Shown here: in pieces, positions 59,096-64,000 of the stretch
Layout of the letters: each line of letters begins with the position of its first letter
How positions within the stretch are numbered: the stretch's first letter is position 1
Source of the DNA: a virus
IMG/VR virus record: IMGVR_UViG_3300034198_004780
Location: 1 to 64,000 of that record
Reading direction: 5' to 3' (one strand)
DNA: 64,000 nt
Made by a program: the position numbers and the translations under genes
Notes under the pieces: generated by a model
The model's input: the letters and a program-made list of their open reading frames with translations, nothing else
What the model was told of the DNA's origin: nothing
The model's database searches: none

Positions 59096-59619
59096 TTAAT
59101 AATCTCATCTTTACCATATTCGTCCCAGCTTGTAAACTGATCACGACCTGTTAGGCTGTGAAGTGTATGACACCAAACTCCTGGATTTGTTGCCTTGAAG
59201 TCTTTGTCGTCTAGTTTAATTGTAGCATTATATCCTAGCTGTGTCAAGTGGGGAATCTTTACAGATAGTTGAGGAATAAATTTCCTTTGTTCAACTAGTG
59301 AGCTTTCCAAAAGACCTTCAACCAAACTAACGTCTAAATCTAAGGTACACCACAAGTCATGTTCCAAGCAATCCAAAATCATCATCTCCCAATCACGCCA
59401 GCCGTCACCATCATTAGTTTCTAATTTTGGAAAACTTTGATTGGCACCAAAATAAACGTGTGTACAATCGTTATTCTTGACCAAATTAAGTATAACGCTG
59501 GCATCTTGGATGCCTACTACAAATAGTGTACGCATACCAAACGCAGGAGTCTTTTCAATTTCGGTACCAACAAAGAATGTTACTTCTTCGCTGACGCCTG
59601 TGTCGTAATCACGTTTCAT
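59092..59619 (-). CDS. Hypothetical protein coupled to DpdA and DpdL
   Basis: ATGA overlaps on both sides; G.E.E.T...G..TLFV, HVYFGAN. Confidence 0.7.
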   Translation of the reverse strand: MKRDYDTGVSEEVTFFVGTEIEKTPAFGMRTLFVVGIQDASVILNLVKNNDCTHVYFGANQSFPKLETNDGDGWRDWEMMILDCLEHDLWCTLDLDVSLVEGLLESSLVEQRKFIPQLSVKIPHLTQLGYNATIKLDDKDFKATNPGVWCHTLHSLTGRDQFTSWDEYGKDEIIK

Positions 59620-61250
59620 TCTGCTATACTTTCCTCAAGAGCTCGTAAGTCGTCATCATCTGGATTCTCAAGATCAACTTCTGATGAATTAGTAATTTGT
59701 TCAAGTTCAAATAAACTACCAAAAGTATTTGCCGCAGGACCGCCTTGTAATCGAGCACCTTCTAATGATTTTAAAAACGGGCCAGCTTGCTCGATCATTT
59801 CAAATGCTTCTTCTTTGGTAGTAGTATTAAACAGGTCTTCGATAAAAGAACTAAAATACAGAATGTTACGTGGAACCCAGTCTGAATACTCATCGCTCAT
59901 GTCTTGTGCTTTAACTTTCTTCCAATGTTTCCATGAAAGTTTATCTTTAGTTTTAGCAATCTCAATGTCCATCAACTGTTGAGCACGTTGAACTGCACGA
60001 ATATGACATTCAACGTTATGACCCATCATAAGTGCATAGGCAAAACTATCCCACGATGTTTTGTTAGGAATCTTACCTAACTTGTTAAGTCTTGGAACTT
60101 CGACATAATGTTCCGGATTCAAATGATCAAACTTTACACCTTCGCCTAACTGTGCTTGTGTCTTTGGAGTTCCGAGATTATAGTAGGCAATATCGCCCAT
60201 CGTTAATCTGCGTCCAATTTCTGATTCGAATGGGAACGGAATGTCTGATCCTGAAAGTGCTTTGTTATCTGGGGCTTTGTCCATAATAACACTCCACCGC
60301 TTGGGCGTGTGGACTGCTGTTGTATAGACGAGTCCGTGTGCTGTTGCGATGAACGGTGAGGCGCAGTCAAAAGATACGGTAAAGTTTTCATTAATATGCT
60401 TTCTAATTTGTCGTTGAATTAAAGTCAAGTAGCATGACCAATCTAATTGGGCAGTGCCCAAGAAGTGCATCCAGTCTTTACCTTTGAGTAAATTATCTTC
60501 ACGTAATGTAACTAGGCGCTTTAATGTGATATCCATCTTACACATATTAGCACCGCCCATTGCCCAACCTTCTGCTTCCTTACCAGCATATTTGCCTTTA
60601 GGATCGGAGAATTCTTTTACACCTTGATACCACTTTTCAGCGGTATCCCAATCACCACCTTGTAGAACGTTAAGCCATTTGGTCTGACCTAAACGATTTT
60701 CTAAGAAGTAGTCATTGTTGAAGCGTGTCTTATCCAAACAATCTTCAAATGTTTTTAATCCAGTTTTAGGTGAGTGAATGTGATCACAGGCCCATGTTGG
60801 CACGTCCAACATCATTGACCAATCTGCTGTAAGCTCAAGCCACTCGAGAATCTTTTGACGAGTCTTGTTGGCTTCCTTGCCTTCAAAGTTTAACCAGTCA
60901 AATTTGAGAACACCCTTACCAATCTGATATCCACCTGAGTCCCCCAAGATCATGGTGTTGCTACGATCTCGTTGTTGAATCATAGACTCTTGTTCCATGC
61001 TCTTGACAAGATCCAACTGAGCGTGACCTGCTGAATACAGACCATATTTGTAGGTAAAGTAGCCGTCTTCTGGATTTAGAAAGTTCATGCCTTCTACTCC
61101 GCGATCAAAGCCTACAGGAATGCGATCATCTGCGATAAACTTTTCTAATCGTTGTTTAGCAATATATGTGGAATAGAAAGAGGAGATTGCTGGCAAATAT
61201 ATTGCATAATCTTTCTGTAGTGGGGTTAGGTTGACTGGCGGAGTCTTCAT
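59616..61250 (-). CDS. TGT-fold 7-deazaguanine transglycosylase (DpdA family)
   Basis: DSGGYQ, LDVP, VLQG, GWAMGG, HFLG, SFD..S are TGT catalytic-core motifs. Clusters with folE and queE. Confidence 0.82.
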   Translation of the reverse strand: MKTPPVNLTPLQKDYAIYLPAISSFYSTYIAKQRLEKFIADDRIPVGFDRGVEGMNFLNPEDGYFTYKYGLYSAGHAQLDLVKSMEQESMIQQRDRSNTMILGDSGGYQIGKGVLKFDWLNFEGKEANKTRQKILEWLELTADWSMMLDVPTWACDHIHSPKTGLKTFEDCLDKTRFNNDYFLENRLGQTKWLNVLQGGDWDTAEKWYQGVKEFSDPKGKYAGKEAEGWAMGGANMCKMDITLKRLVTLREDNLLKGKDWMHFLGTAQLDWSCYLTLIQRQIRKHINENFTVSFDCASPFIATAHGLVYTTAVHTPKRWSVIMDKAPDNKALSGSDIPFPFESEIGRRLTMGDIAYYNLGTPKTQAQLGEGVKFDHLNPEHYVEVPRLNKLGKIPNKTSWDSFAYALMMGHNVECHIRAVQRAQQLMDIEIAKTKDKLSWKHWKKVKAQDMSDEYSDWVPRNILYFSSFIEDLFNTTTKEEAFEMIEQAGPFLKSLEGARLQGGPAANTFGSLFELEQITNSSEVDLENPDDDDLRALEESIAE

Positions 61251-61253
61251 AGA

Positions 61254-61988
61254 TTATGCCTGTGCTGGAATGATATACTTGTAAGTAGCAATACCACTAT
61301 CTAATTCAATTTGCATAGCACCGTCATTACTAATACTCAACTTAGTGTTGTTTGCATCTGCAATTTTTAAGATACTTAATACTTGACTAACCGGCCATGT
61401 CCAAGACTTGCTCAATGTTCCTGCAACTCCTGTGGCAAATACAAATTCACCACCGTGGGTTGATTGATCACCAAATACAAATTTAAGATTACCATTTTCA
61501 GTCTTAGTTAGGAATGTTGCGTGTTCTGCATTGGCGGCCGCCTGAAAGTTGAAACGCTGGATAGCGGCAACTGTGGGACTAACTTCAACGTGCCAATTAA
61601 CACCGCGGAATTTAACTGTTTTAAGTTTCTCGTTGATAATTTCTGTGTTCATAAAACGATAATCGTTTTTAAAATCACCTACGTCATTTTCAAAGTGGAT
61701 ACCAACTGGAACTGTATCACCATTGCGATCAGCGGTAACAATGTCAAGTTTAGCATTTTCTTTGTAAACTGGGCAGTCTAAATGAATCTTCAACTTGTTA
61801 AGTTGTGGCATACCAAAGACGCCCTTCATTTCCGGTACTGCTGTGTTTACTTCTCCGTACATGATTACAGAACGGTCATCAGCCATACTATCAATCTTAG
61901 TAGCGGAGTCATCACCTGTAATTTTAACGGTATCTAGGAATCCTAGATTATGTGTATGTCCTACAATGTCTTTAAGCAAATCAAGCAT
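61254..61988 (-). CDS. Sliding clamp, gp45-like
   Basis: 244 aa directly downstream of the polymerase; clamp-like alpha/beta pattern, C-terminal Y.YIIPA. Confidence 0.7.
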   Translation of the reverse strand: MLDLLKDIVGHTHNLGFLDTVKITGDDSATKIDSMADDRSVIMYGEVNTAVPEMKGVFGMPQLNKLKIHLDCPVYKENAKLDIVTADRNGDTVPVGIHFENDVGDFKNDYRFMNTEIINEKLKTVKFRGVNWHVEVSPTVAAIQRFNFQAAANAEHATFLTKTENGNLKFVFGDQSTHGGEFVFATGVAGTLSKSWTWPVSQVLSILKIADANNTKLSISNDGAMQIELDSGIATYKYIIPAQA

Positions 61989-62006
61989 ATAATTCTCCTT
62001 TGTTAT

Positions 62007-62035
62007 ATTATATTTAGGTTTTTGGTCTTTGTCAA
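62007..62035 (-). promoter_or_regulatory. Sigma70-type promoter driving the clamp and modification operon
   Basis: TTGACA-17 nt-TATAAT. Confidence 0.82.
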
Positions 62036-62041
62036 GTAATT

Positions 62042-64000
62042 TTATTCAAAGCTGAATAAATTACCAAAATTATTGTCTTGCGTTGTGGATTCCAAATCCC
62101 ACTCTAGTACACCGATAAGATTATCTAGTTTATTGTTGATAATGGCAGTTTCCATAGCACTATCATCAAAAGGCAATTCCTTAAACCACTGTGGCAAGCG
62201 CATCTCATCGACCGGATAAGCAACTGAAGTATAGCCCAAGGGATTCTCCTTTACCTTACACACAATTACTTTCATACCATCAACAACCTGTTGACTGTAT
62301 TTGTCACCATTCATGCGCTTGAGAGTGTTCCAATTGATACTTGCTCTAACGTGACCTGGCATATTGGCTTTACCGGCTTTCTTTTCCTTGGCTTCGTATT
62401 CGGCAATATTGTTGGCACGTTTTGGGCTTCCTTTCTCCCAACCCGGCCGACTCTTAAACTCGGTGCGGAACTGACTGATACGATCGAGGATTTCAGTTTC
62501 GCCAGAACCATTTAATACCTTGGTTAGAAGTTCACTTAAAAAGTTCTGCATGAACTCTGGAGTATCTGAACGTTTCAAGTCTAGACCCATGGCTTTGATC
62601 TTACCTGGGCTGTCTTCTGTATCCTGTCTCTTACCATCTTTGTCGTAGTACAGTACAGCATAGCGTTTCTTGGTAATAAACAGGCCTTTAATAGCAACAA
62701 TCTCACGACCTGCTTTGATAACTTCTCCTCGCGACTTTGGACAGTGAAAATCATCCAGCATAAACTGCGGGAATGTATCATTGACTTCTTCAGAGATCTG
62801 ATCATATAACTGTACTACTGATTCTTTATTCCACGGAATGAGTCCCTTGTTGATATCATTCTTCAGCACAGGCCAAGCAGTAAAATATACAGAGTCAGTA
62901 TCACCGTAGATGATGCTCTTACCTGTGTAGTCATACTCACCTGCAATGTATTCATTTACCTTTGCAGCCATATGACGGGCAATGCGGCGTCCTGTAAGAG
63001 TGGTTGATTGACCAATACGCTTGTCAAAGAAACGACAACCAGGATTAAGAATAGCACCATACAGACTGTTGAGGTTAATCTTTTTAACCAATTGACGCTT
63101 GTCCCAATATTCTTCTTCAATTTTATTCTCCGCTTTAATACATTCTTTTAATTTGGCCTGCATGTCTTTACGTTCACTATACCATCGTTTCAGCAATCCA
63201 GGAATAACACCTTCTTTTTCGTAACTAAAGATAGTACCGTTAGCTGATAACATCCAAGGTTGATTACTGTCAAAAAATACATCATGTAATTGAGCACCAC
63301 TTAGTACATCAGTCGACCCGTCTTCCCAATCAACAATAATATCGTGACTGATATCTTTACTCATGACAAGTTCATATTCATTACTGCCGAACTTGCCTTC
63401 CCATGCTGACGCAAAGCTACTGCCCTTGGCCATTTTAGCTTCAATTTCATCTTTGGTATAGTCTTGACGCAACTGTCCAACAATGGTCTCAGGACCCATA
63501 TTAAGTGCTCTAATGGCACTGGGATATAGTGAGTTGATGTCCATGCTTCCAATCCAGTCGTGAAGACCTTTCTTTGGATACGCTACATATGCACCCGCTG
63601 CTTGATTATCACCGCGGTCATCCATTCTAGGCCGGCTTGGAACAATAAGACCCTTGTGATGGGCTTCATTGATAATGGCCTGTTCAGTAACAGCCACAGC
63701 ACCCATTGTTGTTTGGATCAATACAGTATTCTCATGAGCGACGGTATTAGCAAGGTCGATAAACTTCAGTTTCTTATCCAGATCATCAAGTAGTTTACAG
63801 TCATTAATGTTGTATTCAATAAACTTACGGAAGTCATTGTTGTACAACTGATCAAGTGTGCCTTCGTATTGTGTCTTACGTTGACCCAACTCATATTCAG
63901 CAATAGCATCTAGTCGATATGAATGACGTTCTTCGTAGGTGTACTTGCGATACAGTTCTAGTGAGTCAACGTGTACACGACCAATCAAGTCATATGTAAC
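62042..64000 (-). CDS. Family B DNA polymerase, gp43-like (5' part outside the window)
   Basis: DINSLYPS, KINLNSLYG, YGDTDS, KKRY, ExoIII YNINDC. The frame is open to the window edge. Confidence 0.97.
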   Translation of the reverse strand, partial: VTYDLIGRVHVDSLELYRKYTYEERHSYRLDAIAEYELGQRKTQYEGTLDQLYNNDFRKFIEYNINDCKLLDDLDKKLKFIDLANTVAHENTVLIQTTMGAVAVTEQAIINEAHHKGLIVPSRPRMDDRGDNQAAGAYVAYPKKGLHDWIGSMDINSLYPSAIRALNMGPETIVGQLRQDYTKDEIEAKMAKGSSFASAWEGKFGSNEYELVMSKDISHDIIVDWEDGSTDVLSGAQLHDVFFDSNQPWMLSANGTIFSYEKEGVIPGLLKRWYSERKDMQAKLKECIKAENKIEEEYWDKRQLVKKINLNSLYGAILNPGCRFFDKRIGQSTTLTGRRIARHMAAKVNEYIAGEYDYTGKSIIYGDTDSVYFTAWPVLKNDINKGLIPWNKESVVQLYDQISEEVNDTFPQFMLDDFHCPKSRGEVIKAGREIVAIKGLFITKKRYAVLYYDKDGKRQDTEDSPGKIKAMGLDLKRSDTPEFMQNFLSELLTKVLNGSGETEILDRISQFRTEFKSRPGWEKGSPKRANNIAEYEAKEKKAGKANMPGHVRASINWNTLKRMNGDKYSQQVVDGMKVIVCKVKENPLGYTSVAYPVDEMRLPQWFKELPFDDSAMETAIINNKLDNLIGVLEWDLESTTQDNNFGNLFSFE

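Noticed and set aside
1-64000. Stop-codon reassignment, introns or inteins in core genes
   Set aside because: Code 11 gives full-length, tightly packed genes. Polymerase, gp46 and gp47 motifs are contiguous and the endonucleases are free-standing.

Overview
64 kb of a large T4-like myophage genome (standard genetic code, AT-rich). The lambda-type muramidase and perfect sigma70 promoters suggest a Gram-negative host, probably a proteobacterium (inference). Left to right: portal gp20 (partial), tape measure, gp26/gp51-like hub chaperones joined by a textbook -1 frameshift signal, a ~470-nt highly structured intergenic element, and a gp55-gp47-gp46-Hc1-GIY-YIG operon. Then a + strand baseplate/tail operon (gp48/54-like, gp53, hub, gp5 with muramidase, gp25, gp6, a 4526-aa wedge protein, four paralogous fibres). 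The remainder is a - strand early/middle region with MoxR AAA+/vWA, RNase H, a 7-deazaguanine DNA-modification island (DpdA/TGT, DpdL-type T-fold, glycosyltransferase, FolE, PRTase, QueE), sliding clamp and family B DNA polymerase (partial). Four free-standing homing endonucleases lie in or just downstream of the modification island; three carry structured RNA leaders. No tRNA, rRNA or CRISPR array was seen. All calls come from motif reading; no searches were run.
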